From positions 2,368,001 to 2,432,000 of the forward strand of contig OZ252149.1 of NCBI GenBank assembly GCA_965248755.1: DNA of 64,000 nt. Reading direction: 5' to 3'. How positions within the stretch are numbered: position 1 is the first letter of the stretch; each line of letters opens with the position of its first letter. Source of the DNA: Candidatus Latescibacterota bacterium. Lineage in GTDB: Bacteria > Latescibacterota > CBDEFO01. The notes under the pieces were generated by a model. It did not search any database. It was not told the origin of the DNA and was given only the letters and a program-made list of their open reading frames with translations. The position numbers and the translations under genes were made by a program. Shown in pieces: positions 11,430-21,402 of this stretch.

Positions 11430-11765
11430 ATGCTAATGGGGAACGCACGCAACAAAGACACCGTTGTTAAACACCTTTTACAACACGGCGAGTGGTTGGA
11501 AGGGTCCTTGGGGAGACTCTGCTTCATCAGGGGGGAAGGGAGACTGAAAATTCATGTGCTTTTGCCGAAAGGAATCCAGACTGCGGTAACGAGGAATCAG
11601 CTAAAGCGGCAACTAAAAGATGCTTGCCGGAATAGACTAAAGAAGATGGGACACAAAAATACAAAGCTCGCAATAGTTCCAGACAAGCGGGCATACGGAC
11701 TGGATTATGTGGCACTAGAAGATGGTATAATTGAGTTACTTGACAAAGCTGGACTATGCGGATAA
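11430..11765 (+). CDS. rnpA: Ribonuclease P protein component (divergent)
   Basis: Position between rpmH and yid[14 protein letters not shown] resembles the AVxRNRxKR motif. Confidence 0.75.
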   Translation: MLMGNARNKDTVVKHLLQHGEWLEGSLGRLCFIRGEGRLKIHVLLPKGIQTAVTRNQLKRQLKDACRNRLKKMGHKNTKLAIVPDKRAYGLDYVALEDGIIELLDKAGLCG

Positions 11766-11974
11766 TATCTAAAACCTTAATATCTTTAATTGAAGCGTAC
11801 AGGATCTCTATTAGGCCATTCTTGCTAGGGGCCTGTCGTTTTACTCCGTCGTGCTCATCATACGCCATAGAAGCCATTGAGAAGAATGGCCCTACAAGGG
11901 GAATATTGCTAACTGTAAAACGATTGCTGAAATGCCATCCTTGGGGGGGCTGGGGATACGACCCGGTGGAATAG
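11756..11974 (+). CDS. yidD: Membrane protein insertion efficiency factor YidD
   Basis: [27 protein letters not shown]. Confidence 0.95.
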   Translation: MRIISKTLISLIEAYRISIRPFLLGACRFTPSCSSYAIEAIEKNGPTRGILLTVKRLLKCHPWGGWGYDPVE

Positions 11975-11982
11975 AGAGAATC

Positions 11983-13743
11983 ATGGACAAGAACACAGTA
12001 ATAGCATTTATCTTGATAGGATTAGTGATAATTTTAACTTCTACTCCGCTTTATCAGAAGTTGATCGGCGGCGACCCGAATCAGGATAAAGACGACAGAC
12101 AGACGACTGGCGAAGATCGACCCACAGAAGTTGTACAAAAGGAAGCCGCAAGAAACTTTCACTCTCCGGACCCATACAAGGAAATAAGTACCAGGGATAT
12201 CCAAGAAGCTGAAGAACATGAATGGAGCGAAGACGGCACACAAGCTGAACTATATGATCCTCAAGAGGTTTTTGAAGCCACCGACATAACGGTTGAGAAC
12301 GAAGTCTTCATGGGGACGATAAGCACGAAAGGAGGAGGGTTCACGAGTCTGAAGCTCAAAAAGTTTGAAGGACAAGATGGAGGCTGGGTTGAGCTAATAG
12401 AGGATGGAGGTGGGGGACCTACTCTCTTGCTTGAGGTAGATGGGAATGTGCATGATTTAAGTGACGTCGAGTTCATCATCACCGACAGAGACCACATATT
12501 TGTAGAGAAAGGCCAGGAGCGAGAAATAACCTTCACTGCGGACCTGAGAGACGGTAGGAAAATAGAAAGACGGTTAACTATAAAGGGGGATAGATACGAC
12601 ATAGGCCTGAAAGTGAACGTCGTAGGCTTCGGTGAGGACGTTAAGTGCGCTTTGAATTGGGCAGGTGGAATTGCGATCACAGAGGCTGACACAGCTCAGG
12701 ATTTGACCTCTATGAAGGCCTATACGTTTATGGGAGGAGAGGTAGAGCAATTTGAGATTGAGAATAAAGAAGAAGGTAAACATGGACGATTAGACTGGAT
12801 AGGCGTAAGGAATAGATATTTCTTTATCTGTCTTGCACCGCTTGACGGGCGAGAGTCGGAAGCTCGTGTGTCGGGATACGTGAGAGAACACGTAAGCGGG
12901 TACAGCATCCCTATCTACAATTTCACTATTGCGAGCGATATGGGAGAGGATGGACAAATAGATAGTTTTATCTATATGGGTCCGATATCGTATCCCATAC
13001 TGAGGGACGTGGGCCCTTACGGTCTGGACGGTGTAATAGACTGGGGATGGCCCTTCCTCCAGCCGATTTTAAAGCCAATATCATCCAAGGTGCTCATTCC
13101 CATATTAATTGGACTATATGATTGGATACCCAACTATGGAGTTGTCATAATTATCTTTTCAATTCTGGTTAAGATCGCCGTCTATCCGCTCACTGCTAAG
13201 AGCTATCAGTCGATGTCCAAGATGCAATCACTTCAGCCGAAGATGGCAGAGTTAAAAGAAAAATACAAAGATGACAAGCAGCGGCAGAGCCAGGAAATGA
13301 TGAAGCTTTACAAAGAACAGGGGGTAAATCCTATGGGGGGCTGTTGGCCGATGCTCCTTCAGATGCCGATATTTATAGCTCTTTACACCGTATTTAGTAG
13401 CACGATAGAGTTGAGAAAAGCCGAATTCGCGCTGTGGCTACAGGACCTTTCCGCTCCGGACCCCTATTATGTTCTTCCGGTTCTGATGGGTATCACTATG
13501 TTCATCCAGCAGAAGATGACTATGAAGGACCCCAAGCAGGCAGCTATGGTATATATTATGCCCGTGGTCATGGTATTCATCTTTAAGAGCTTCTCGGCAG
13601 GTCTGGTGCTCTACTGGACAATGTTTAACATTTTTAGCGGGATTCAGCAACTAGTGATCCAACCGAAGCTATCGAAAGTCAATAAAGAGGAACCAGTCAC
13701 GGTCGTAAAGCAGAAAAGGAGAGGAAAGTCAAAGGAGATTTAG
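11983..13743 (+). CDS. yidC: Membrane protein insertase YidC
   Basis: N-terminal TM from MDKN (11983), periplasmic domain, GVNPMGGCWPMLLQMPIF, GLVLYW. Confidence 0.95.
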   Translation: MDKNTVIAFILIGLVIILTSTPLYQKLIGGDPNQDKDDRQTTGEDRPTEVVQKEAARNFHSPDPYKEISTRDIQEAEEHEWSEDGTQAELYDPQEVFEATDITVENEVFMGTISTKGGGFTSLKLKKFEGQDGGWVELIEDGGGGPTLLLEVDGNVHDLSDVEFIITDRDHIFVEKGQEREITFTADLRDGRKIERRLTIKGDRYDIGLKVNVVGFGEDVKCALNWAGGIAITEADTAQDLTSMKAYTFMGGEVEQFEIENKEEGKHGRLDWIGVRNRYFFICLAPLDGRESEARVSGYVREHVSGYSIPIYNFTIASDMGEDGQIDSFIYMGPISYPILRDVGPYGLDGVIDWGWPFLQPILKPISSKVLIPILIGLYDWIPNYGVVIIIFSILVKIAVYPLTAKSYQSMSKMQSLQPKMAELKEKYKDDKQRQSQEMMKLYKEQGVNPMGGCWPMLLQMPIFIALYTVFSSTIELRKAEFALWLQDLSAPDPYYVLPVLMGITMFIQQKMTMKDPKQAAMVYIMPVVMVFIFKSFSAGLVLYWTMFNIFSGIQQLVIQPKLSKVNKEEPVTVVKQKRRGKSKEI

Positions 13744-13770
13744 GAGGTGGGACTAGACAGAAGGACAAGA

Positions 13771-13786
13771 TGTTTCAGGTGAAACA
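13771..13786. promoter_or_regulatory. parS site (1 mismatch)
   Basis: TGTTTCAGGTGAAACA versus consensus TGTTTCACGTGAAACA. Confidence 0.75.
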
Positions 13787-13910
13787 TTTACCTGTCTTAC
13801 ACTACCGAATACGGTCTTTAAGAAGATGAAAGATGAGTTGTGCTTTACTCTGATACTCAGACGGGCAGATGAAAGGATAGAATGGGGCCATATGTGCCCC
13901 TATTTTGCTT

Positions 13911-15296
13911 GTGAATAAAGTCTTGATAGATGATACGATAGCAGCGATAGCTACAGCGTTGGGCGAAGGTGGAGTGGGGATAATTCGCCTAAGTGGGAGC
14001 CGGGCTGTAGAGATTGCAGATAGTATATTTGACGGGAGCGGCAAAAAGCGGTTGCAGGACGCAAAGAGCCATACCATACTTCATGGGCTGATAGTCTATA
14101 GGGGAGAAGAGATAGATGAGGTATTGGTGAGTGTCATGAGGTGCCCCAGGTCCTACACCGGGGAGGATGTAGTAGAGGTCCACTGCCACGGGGGAGTCCT
14201 GGTTCAAAGGAGGATTCTGGAGGTTCTGCTTGCATCGGGCGCCAGACTTGCCCAAAGAGGGGAGTTTACCAAGCGAGCGTTTTTAAACGGGAAGATGGAT
14301 CTATCTCAGGCTGAAGCTGTAGCTGATCTGGTGAAGGCAAAGGGCAAAGAGGGACTCAAGTCGGCTTATTTTCAGTTGAGGGGTGCACTATCCAGGCGGC
14401 TTGAGAAACTTAAGGCCAGTCTTACTGAATGTATGGCGCTTTTAGAGGTATCCCTGGATTTTGCAGAGGAGGATATAGAGTTCGTGGACAATTCTGAGGT
14501 GATGAAGATGTTGGAGGAGGCTATAGGAGAGATAGATCGTCTTGAAGGTTCGTTTCGATTTGGAAAAGTGATTAAGGAGGGCGCGAAAGTCGCTTTAGTG
14601 GGAAAGCCGAATGTAGGTAAGTCGAGCCTGTTGAACGCCCTTCTGGACGAGGATCGCGCAATTGTGACGCCTCTTCCGGGGACTACTAGGGATTCCATTG
14701 AGGGATGGATAAACATTGAGGGAATCCCTTGCGTAGTGGTGGATACTGCCGGTATCAGAGACACAGATGATCCTGTTGAAAGGGAGGGGCGTAAACGCAC
14801 GCTTTATAGTGTCGATGAATCAGAGATAGCTGTCGTGGTTTTGGACGGGTCACAGCCGTTAGATGAGAAGGATAGAGCCCTGGCAAGTATTGTGGGAAGT
14901 AAGGAAAAAATACTGGCGCTAAATAAGCTAGATCTGGGAGTTTCCGTCAGGGAAGATGACTTGAAGATATTTGGAAACGGTTCATCCGTGAATATCTCAG
15001 CGACAGAGAGATTAGGACTGGATGATCTGAAAGCCGCGATGTCAGCCCCTCTCTTGAACGGACTGGAAAATAGGGAGGACGGAGAGGTGATAACAAAAGA
15101 AAGACACGCTGACTGTCTCAGGAGGGCGTCTCTGTCGTTGAGATCGGCTATGGATGCAGTTCGAGGCGGAATGTCGCCCGAGTACGTTTCGTTTGACATC
15201 AGGGAGGGCCTGGATGCTCTGGGAGAGATCGTCGGAGAGACGACATCAGAGGACGTTCTAAATAAGATCTTTGAGGAGTTCTGTATCGGGAAATAA
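13911..15296 (+). CDS. mnmE: tRNA modification GTPase MnmE
   Basis: DTIAAIAT, SYTGED, GKPNVGKSS, GTTRD, DTAGIR, FCIGK. Confidence 0.97.
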   Translation: MNKVLIDDTIAAIATALGEGGVGIIRLSGSRAVEIADSIFDGSGKKRLQDAKSHTILHGLIVYRGEEIDEVLVSVMRCPRSYTGEDVVEVHCHGGVLVQRRILEVLLASGARLAQRGEFTKRAFLNGKMDLSQAEAVADLVKAKGKEGLKSAYFQLRGALSRRLEKLKASLTECMALLEVSLDFAEEDIEFVDNSEVMKMLEEAIGEIDRLEGSFRFGKVIKEGAKVALVGKPNVGKSSLLNALLDEDRAIVTPLPGTTRDSIEGWINIEGIPCVVVDTAGIRDTDDPVEREGRKRTLYSVDESEIAVVVLDGSQPLDEKDRALASIVGSKEKILALNKLDLGVSVREDDLKIFGNGSSVNISATERLGLDDLKAAMSAPLLNGLENREDGEVITKERHADCLRRASLSLRSAMDAVRGGMSPEYVSFDIREGLDALGEIVGETTSEDVLNKIFEEFCIGK

Positions 15297-15300
15297 TGAA

Positions 15301-15316
15301 TGTTCCACGTGAAACA
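15301..15316. promoter_or_regulatory. parS site
   Basis: TGTTCCACGTGAAACA. Confidence 0.9.
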
Positions 15317-15345
15317 ATTCAGCTTGAAAGCGCAAGGCAAGAGGA

Positions 15346-15361
15346 TGTTTCACGTGAAACA
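15346..15361. promoter_or_regulatory. parS site (perfect palindrome)
   Basis: TGTTTCACGTGAAACA. Confidence 0.92.
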
Positions 15362-15402
15362 ACTTTAGGAAGTGTGAAACGTCCGTAAATAGAGAAGTAT
15401 AT

Positions 15403-17271
15403 ATGTTAAATTCTAATAGATATGATGTTATAGTGGTCGGCGGGGGCCACGCCGGCTGTGAAGCCGCTCTTGCCACCGCCAGAATGGGGTGCTCTACAGT
15501 GCTTGTGACCATGAACCCTGATAACATAGCCCATATGCCCTGTAATCCCGCTATCGGCGGTCTGGGCAAAGGTCATCTGGTCAGGGAGATAGATGCACTG
15601 GGAGGCGAGATGGCAAAGGCGATAGACCGAACAGGCATACAGTTCAAGATGCTAAACAGGTCCAAAGGACCCGCTGTATGGTCCCCGCGTGCTCAGGCGG
15701 ACAGGGCTGCGTATAAGGCCGAGATGAGGCGAACAGTGGAAAGTCAGCCGAATCTCCTTATAAAGAAGACTCAAGTTGCATCTATACTCACTGATGGGCT
15801 GAAGACTGTAGGAATATCAACTTCGTCGAAAGATGAGATACTTGCGTCTGCCGTAATCGTGACGACCGGGACCTTCCTCAAAGGGCTTATCCACGTGGGC
15901 CTCGAAAACACACCCTCCGGTCGTGTAGGAGAAGATCCTGCATCGTCCCTCTCCGACTCTCTTAGGGAACTTGGCTTAGCGTTGGGGAGGCTAAAAACCG
16001 GCACGTCGCCGCGAGTTGAGGGCAGGAGTCTGAACTACGATGTGATGGATGAACAGGCGGGGGACGAACCCCCCGAGCCGTTCTCATTTGATACATACAA
16101 ATTGGATGTCAATCAGGTTATGTGCCACCTTACCCGCACTAACTCTGCTACTCATAAGGCAATCACATCGTCCTTAGATCAGTCTCCTCTCTACTCAGGC
16201 AGGATAGTCGGCATCGGTCCCAGGTACTGCCCCTCAATCGAAGATAAGGTCGTTCGCTTCAGCGACAGACCGTCGCATCAGATATTCATCGAGCCAGAGG
16301 GCAGGGGCACGACGGAGGTTTACATCAACGGATTTTCCACAAGTCTGCCTGAGGGCGTCCAGTTGAAGGCTTTAAGGACGATTGTGGGCATGGAGGAGGC
16401 CGGGATTACGAAGCCCGGCTACGCTGTGGAATACGACTTTGTCTTCCCCTCGCAGCTTTACCCCACGTTGGAGACCAAGATCGTCTCCGGTCTCTTCCTT
16501 GCAGGTCAGCTCAACGGCACGTCCGGCTACGAAGAAGCCGCTGCCCAGGGGCTGATCGCGGGCATAAATGCGGCTCTGAAGATCAGAGGGGAGAAGTCCC
16601 TGATACTTGACAGATCGGAGGCCTATATTGGTGTTTTGGTTGACGATCTGGTGACAAAGGAGATCAGGGAACCCTACCGCATGTTCACATCCAGGGCGGA
16701 GTACCGCCTCTTACTGCGTCAGGACAACGCCGACATCAGACTCTTGGATCACGCTGATAGGATAGGCCTTGTCCCGAAGGATGTCATTAAGGAAAGGTCG
16801 AAAAAAAGGAAACGTATCCGGGATGGAGTTTCGATGCTTAAGTCCACCAAGGTGCGTCCATCCCAAGCCAATCCGATTCTAAATCGCGCTGGCTCCGCCG
16901 AGATATCAGAGTCCTGTTCGCTCGACCAGCTCCTCAAACGCCCGGAACTGCGATACGAACACTTGATACCTCTGATGGACGGCGCGGCGACTCTTCCCGC
17001 TGATGTCGCCAGAGAGACCCAAATCGAAGTGAAGTACAAAGGCTATATCAGCAGGCAGATGAAGCACGTCCAAAAATTCCGAAACATGGAAGGCCGAATC
17101 ATACCGGACGACTTCGATTACCTGTCCATATCCGCTCTATCGGCAGAAGCTCGGCAGAAGTTGACGGAGATCATGCCTCGTTCGGTGGGACAGGCTTCCA
17201 GGATAGCCGGTGTAAGATTCTCCGACATCTCTGTTCTTCTCGTCCACATAGAAAGATATCGGCGCAGTTGA
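15403..17271 (+). CDS. mnmG: tRNA uridine 5-carboxymethylaminomethyl modification enzyme MnmG (GidA)
   Basis: [42 protein letters not shown]. Confidence 0.97.
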   Translation: MLNSNRYDVIVVGGGHAGCEAALATARMGCSTVLVTMNPDNIAHMPCNPAIGGLGKGHLVREIDALGGEMAKAIDRTGIQFKMLNRSKGPAVWSPRAQADRAAYKAEMRRTVESQPNLLIKKTQVASILTDGLKTVGISTSSKDEILASAVIVTTGTFLKGLIHVGLENTPSGRVGEDPASSLSDSLRELGLALGRLKTGTSPRVEGRSLNYDVMDEQAGDEPPEPFSFDTYKLDVNQVMCHLTRTNSATHKAITSSLDQSPLYSGRIVGIGPRYCPSIEDKVVRFSDRPSHQIFIEPEGRGTTEVYINGFSTSLPEGVQLKALRTIVGMEEAGITKPGYAVEYDFVFPSQLYPTLETKIVSGLFLAGQLNGTSGYEEAAAQGLIAGINAALKIRGEKSLILDRSEAYIGVLVDDLVTKEIREPYRMFTSRAEYRLLLRQDNADIRLLDHADRIGLVPKDVIKERSKKRKRIRDGVSMLKSTKVRPSQANPILNRAGSAEISESCSLDQLLKRPELRYEHLIPLMDGAATLPADVARETQIEVKYKGYISRQMKHVQKFRNMEGRIIPDDFDYLSISALSAEARQKLTEIMPRSVGQASRIAGVRFSDISVLLVHIERYRRS

Positions 17272-17278
17272 CCGCGTT

Positions 17279-17950
17279 ATGTCTACACCCTCCCTTGCAG
17301 ATATCCATCATCTGTCCACCGGCTGCTCCCAACTCGACATTTCTCTTGAGGACCGGCAGATACGGGCGTTCATGGCCTATCGGGATCTCCTGCTAAAATG
17401 GGCGCTCAAAGTCAATCTTATATCCACAAGCGATCGCGACAGGATCGTTACTCATCATTTCTTGGATTCCCTGACCGCCCTCCCCTTTCTTCGCGACTTG
17501 TGCGATCTTAGGATTCTCGACATCGGTTCCGGGGCTGGATTCCCCGGCGTACCGCTGAAGATCGTCCGCCCCGCCCTCAGATTAACCCTTGTGGAATCCA
17601 GGCGAAAAGCTGCTTCCTTTCTCAGAACCCTTGTGCGGACCCTTGACCTTACCGATGTAAATGTCCTATGCAGCAGAGCGGAAGATCTATCTTCCGATCC
17701 CCAATACAGATTCGGTTTCGACGGTGTAACCGCACGAGGAGTGGCACAACTCCCTGTTCTTTTCACTCTCTGTGAACCTCTTCTGAAGCCCTCCGGATTT
17801 CTCATGTGCTACAGGGGCCCCCATCCTTCAAATGAGATAGAGGCCCTCTGTGCCCGCTTTCCTGATCTTCGCTTCAACATACAAATCCAGCGGATCCAGG
17901 TGCCCATAATAGAGCGGAAGGGATCTCTGGTATTTATTAAGAAAATATGA
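17279..17950 (+). CDS. rsmG: 16S rRNA m7G527 methyltransferase RsmG (GidB)
   Basis: HFLDSL, LDIGSGAGFPGVPL, SRAE; follows mnmG. Confidence 0.95.
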   Translation: MSTPSLADIHHLSTGCSQLDISLEDRQIRAFMAYRDLLLKWALKVNLISTSDRDRIVTHHFLDSLTALPFLRDLCDLRILDIGSGAGFPGVPLKIVRPALRLTLVESRRKAASFLRTLVRTLDLTDVNVLCSRAEDLSSDPQYRFGFDGVTARGVAQLPVLFTLCEPLLKPSGFLMCYRGPHPSNEIEALCARFPDLRFNIQIQRIQVPIIERKGSLVFIKKI

Positions 17951-17960
17951 TCGTCCGACA

Positions 17961-18182
17961 TTATTCACAAGATATCAACATCCTTGGATATTAGATAAGA
18001 TACAGATAAACAGTATGTTAAGAATATTGTGATAAGGTTATCCACATTATTCAACGAATACGGAGCAACTTGTGTTAAGATTTATCGTTCAGCCTAACAT
18101 TTTGTATATTTAATGATATAGTTAAGAGTAAATTCATCTAATCCACATTGAATGGATAACATGTGGACAACAATGTGGACAA
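17961..18182. promoter_or_regulatory. Candidate oriC element 2: dense DnaA-box cluster downstream of rsmG
   Basis: TTATTCACA 17961-17969, TTATCCACA 18038-18046, TAATCCACA 18139-18147, AATGGATAA 18151-18159, TGTGGACAA 18162-18170 and 18174-18182; AT-rich context. Confidence 0.75.
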
Positions 18183-18222
18183 CACGTACACATTGTAAAC
18201 TAGGACGGACACAAAATTTCAC

Positions 18223-18251
18223 TTGCAACCCATTAAGAATTATGATATATT
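18223..18251 (+). promoter_or_regulatory. Putative sigma70 promoter for rsmI
   Basis: TTGCAA-17 nt-TATATT. Confidence 0.5.
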
Positions 18252-18417
18252 TAGTTCGAAGGTGAGCAGACCTTCAGTTTTCTTCACTCCCATATTCCAC
18301 TGCAAATTGGAAGAATCTTGTGGGAACCTTTTTAAGCGCTATGCCTCGGTCCAACACAAAAGCGGTGATGAGAAAGGAGTCCCCGGAACTATCCATATCT
18401 GTGTGGACAACCTTTCC

Positions 18418-19134
18418 GTGAAAAGTGGAGCATCCATCCGTAAGAATCAAACGGGTACAGGGACTCTCTTTATCGTCAGCACTCCTATAGGCAATCTTGA
18501 GGACGTCACATTTCGCGCCAAGAGGATCCTCGAAGAGGTGAGCTTTATTGCGGCTGAGGATACGCGCAGAACACGCAAGCTCCTTTCGCATTTCGGGATC
18601 GATACTTCCCTTACCAGCTTTCACGACTTTAATAAGGAGGAAAAGGGACCGGCTATCGTCCAATCCCTGAGCGAAGGTCTGGATGTCGCCTTAGTATCTG
18701 ACTCGGGGACCCCTGGTATTTCCGATCCGGCGTACAGACTGGTTAGACTTGCCGTTTCTCAAAGGGTTGAGGTTGTGCCGATCCCTGGGCCCTGCGCTGC
18801 TCTTGCGGCGCTTGTGGTCTCAGGATTGCCTACTGACAGATTCGTCTTTGAGGGGTTTCTGCCTCGGAAAGCTGCAAAAAGGAAGCAGCGTCTTAAAGAG
18901 CTTAAGTGCGAAAAGCGCACCATGATCTTTTATGAGAGTCCGCACAGGCTCCAGGTGATGCTTCAAGACGCTTATGAGATATTTGGCGGCAGAGAGGTCT
19001 CCATCTCGAGAGAATTGACCAAAAGATTTGAAGAGACTTTAAGGAGCCAGTTAGGTCAATTTGTAGAGATGTTTGAAGAGAGGGTCCCCAAGGGGGAGTT
19101 TGTTGTTGTAGTAAAGGGAGGCGAAAAAGAATAG
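18418..19134 (+). CDS. rsmI: 16S rRNA C1402 2'-O-methyltransferase RsmI
   Basis: GTLFIVSTPIGNLED, AAEDTR, VSDSGTPGISDP, FYESPHR, RELTK; start uncertain (GTG 18418). Confidence 0.93.
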   Translation: MKSGASIRKNQTGTGTLFIVSTPIGNLEDVTFRAKRILEEVSFIAAEDTRRTRKLLSHFGIDTSLTSFHDFNKEEKGPAIVQSLSEGLDVALVSDSGTPGISDPAYRLVRLAVSQRVEVVPIPGPCAALAALVVSGLPTDRFVFEGFLPRKAAKRKQRLKELKCEKRTMIFYESPHRLQVMLQDAYEIFGGREVSISRELTKRFEETLRSQLGQFVEMFEERVPKGEFVVVVKGGEKE

Positions 19135-19170
19135 ACTCTTTTTTTGGGAAGTCAAAGACGGAGATGTAAG

Positions 19171-19770
19171 GTGATCAGAGAAAGGCTAAAAGAGGAATTT
19201 TCAGTCTTCTTACAGCCATCGGTTAGGCTGTTGGTTAAGCTGAACATCCATCCGGATGTCATTACTCTGTTGGGGTTTATTCTGAACCTCTATGCAGCAT
19301 ATCTCTTTAAAGAAGAGGGATTTCTTCTTGCCGGGATTACAGTCCTTCTGGCCGGGCTCTGCGACGCCTTGGATGGACAGGTGGCAAAGGTGTCCGGCTG
19401 CACGACGAAGTTCGGAGCGCTGTTGGATTCTACCGTTGATCGCTACTCGGAGACCATCGTCTGGTTTGGAATAGGTTATTATTCGATCCTGGCTCATTGG
19501 TGGATCACAAGCATTGCCATATTTTTCGCGCTGGTCGGCTCGCTTATGGTCAGCTACGTGCGCGCCAGAGCGGAAGGCTTAGGGGAGGAGTGTAAAGTCG
19601 GCTTTATGCAGAGACCAGAGCGCGTCATCTTGATCGGACTCGGCGCTATCATAGGGAAGAACGGGCTTATGGTGGCTATATGGGTTATCGCTCTTCTGGC
19701 CAACTACACTGTGGGAGAAAGGTTGTGGTACATCTGGAAAAAGTCGAAAAAGGAGATCGCTTCGACTTAA
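19171..19770 (+). CDS. CDP-alcohol phosphatidyltransferase, phosphatidylinositol-phosphate synthase-like
   Basis: DALDGQVAK...[26 protein letters not shown]; adjacent to ino1. Confidence 0.85.
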   Translation: MIRERLKEEFSVFLQPSVRLLVKLNIHPDVITLLGFILNLYAAYLFKEEGFLLAGITVLLAGLCDALDGQVAKVSGCTTKFGALLDSTVDRYSETIVWFGIGYYSILAHWWITSIAIFFALVGSLMVSYVRARAEGLGEECKVGFMQRPERVILIGLGAIIGKNGLMVAIWVIALLANYTVGERLWYIWKKSKKEIAST

Positions 19771-19870
19771 AAAAGTAGCGTTCCCCAGTGGCATCCATCA
19801 ATTGCTTCTATTAATGGACCATTTAATATCTTTAAATCTGGCATCTATTTGTAACATAAGGAGTTACTCT

Positions 19871-20992
19871 ATGAGCAAAGTGAGGGTTGGGATTATAGGT
19901 GCAGGGAACTGTGCATCTGCCTTTATTCAGGGACTACATTTTTATAAAGACGCTGATGAGAATGAGTTCGTCCCGGGGCTTATGTATGTGAATTTAGGAG
20001 GCTATCATATCCGTGACATCGAAATATCAGCCGCGTTCGACATTGACGAGAACAAAGTCGGCAAGGACGTAGCAGACGTAATATTCGTTAAGCCTAACAA
20101 CACTATAAAGTTCGCCGATGTACCTCATCTGGGTGTTCCTGTGGGGCGCGGGATGACGCACGATGGCATCGGTCATTATCTGTCACAGGTTATAGAGAAG
20201 GCTCCGGGGGCGACTTCTGACATCGTTGGGATATTGAAGGATACAGGCACAGATGTGGTTTTAAATTTTCTTCCTGTCGGGAGTGAAGAGGCCACCAGGT
20301 GGTACGTGGAACAGGTTCTGGATGCAGGATGTGGATTTGTAAACTGCGTACCTGTATTCATAGCCAGCGCGGAGGATAAGTACTGGCAAAGGAGATTCGA
20401 AGAGCGGGGACTACCCATCATAGGCGACGACATCAAATCTCAGGTCGGGGCTACCATCGTTCACCGTGTATTGACGAGGCTCTTCAGAGAAAGAGGCGTC
20501 AAGTTGGAGCGGACGAGTCAATTGAATGTGGGAGGCAATACGGATTTTCTGAACATGCTCGAACGCTCGCGACTGGAATCCAAAAAGATAAGTAAGACGA
20601 ATGCCGTAACGTCTCAGTTGGATTACGATATAGGCGAGGAGAATGTCTACATAGGACCCAGCGATTATGTGCCCTGGCTCGGTGACCGGAAATGGTGCTA
20701 CCTAAAGATGGAGGGCACATCGTTCGGAAATGTGCCGCTTGAACTGGAGCTCAAATTAGAGGTGTGGGACTCACCCAATTCTGCGGGGGTCGTAATCGAC
20801 GCTGTAAGGTGCTGCAAGTTAGGTTTAGATCACGGCTTGAAGGGAGCTCTTAATGCCCCTTCGTCATATTTTATGAAATCCCCTCCCGAGCAGTTGCGAG
20901 ATGATGAGGCAAGGGACAGACTCGCGGAATTCATAGCCAAGTACGGTAAGTGCTCCCAAAAGGAGAAAGCTGATCAAAAGAAGGGCGAATAA
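19871..20992 (+). CDS. ino1: myo-inositol-1(3)-phosphate synthase
   Basis: [49 protein letters not shown] before ATG 19871. Confidence 0.95.
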   Translation: MSKVRVGIIGAGNCASAFIQGLHFYKDADENEFVPGLMYVNLGGYHIRDIEISAAFDIDENKVGKDVADVIFVKPNNTIKFADVPHLGVPVGRGMTHDGIGHYLSQVIEKAPGATSDIVGILKDTGTDVVLNFLPVGSEEATRWYVEQVLDAGCGFVNCVPVFIASAEDKYWQRRFEERGLPIIGDDIKSQVGATIVHRVLTRLFRERGVKLERTSQLNVGGNTDFLNMLERSRLESKKISKTNAVTSQLDYDIGEENVYIGPSDYVPWLGDRKWCYLKMEGTSFGNVPLELELKLEVWDSPNSAGVVIDAVRCCKLGLDHGLKGALNAPSSYFMKSPPEQLRDDEARDRLAEFIAKYGKCSQKEKADQKKGE

Positions 20993-21179
20993 TCTATTGA
21001 TCACACCTTGATCCGAACTCGTTCTTCCGAGTAATAGATTAGGACCTGCAACCGCTGTCCCCGGCGACAACGATGGATAAGGCCACGGTCAGTGCTGTAA
21101 GTGTGTATTTAAAATAGATGTAGGCTTGCTGTTCTGTTCAGAATAATTCTGTTGTCCTGTCGATCATATAGTTTTCCCT

Positions 21180-21260
21180 AAAAAAAGTGCCCTTCCCCAA
21201 ATTTCGGTCGCTGTGAACGCTTTTTCTCAAGCTAAAGCTCCTACTCGGGGAAGGGCACTT
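21180..21260 (-). other. 14-bp perfect inverted repeat enclosing about 48 nt, followed by a U-tract on the minus strand (terminator, attenuator or small RNA candidate)
   Basis: AAGTGCCCTTCCCC 21185-21198 and GGGGAAGGGCACTT 21247-21260; A-run 21180-21186. Confidence 0.5.
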
Positions 21261-21402
21261 GGCGTGTGGTTCGGTTCTAATTCTTAAGACGCCTTAAATT
21301 GCTCTGCGTTCCAAAATAGTAGTGGTAGACCGAAGTAGGTGTTGAATAACGAGTTATAGGCATCAGAAACTTTCCAAGTCTCCCTGATAGGAGAGCGCTA
21401 TT

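Noticed and set aside
15403..15416. TTAAATTCTA at the mnmG start as another copy of the ftsI/ftsZ motif
   Set aside because: It lies after the ATG rather than before it and lacks the GGGAGTC part; likely chance
18223..18417. 65-aa N-terminal extension of RsmI
   Set aside because: The TTG coincides with a -35 box and the region contains DnaA-box-like sites; homology starts near GTLFIV
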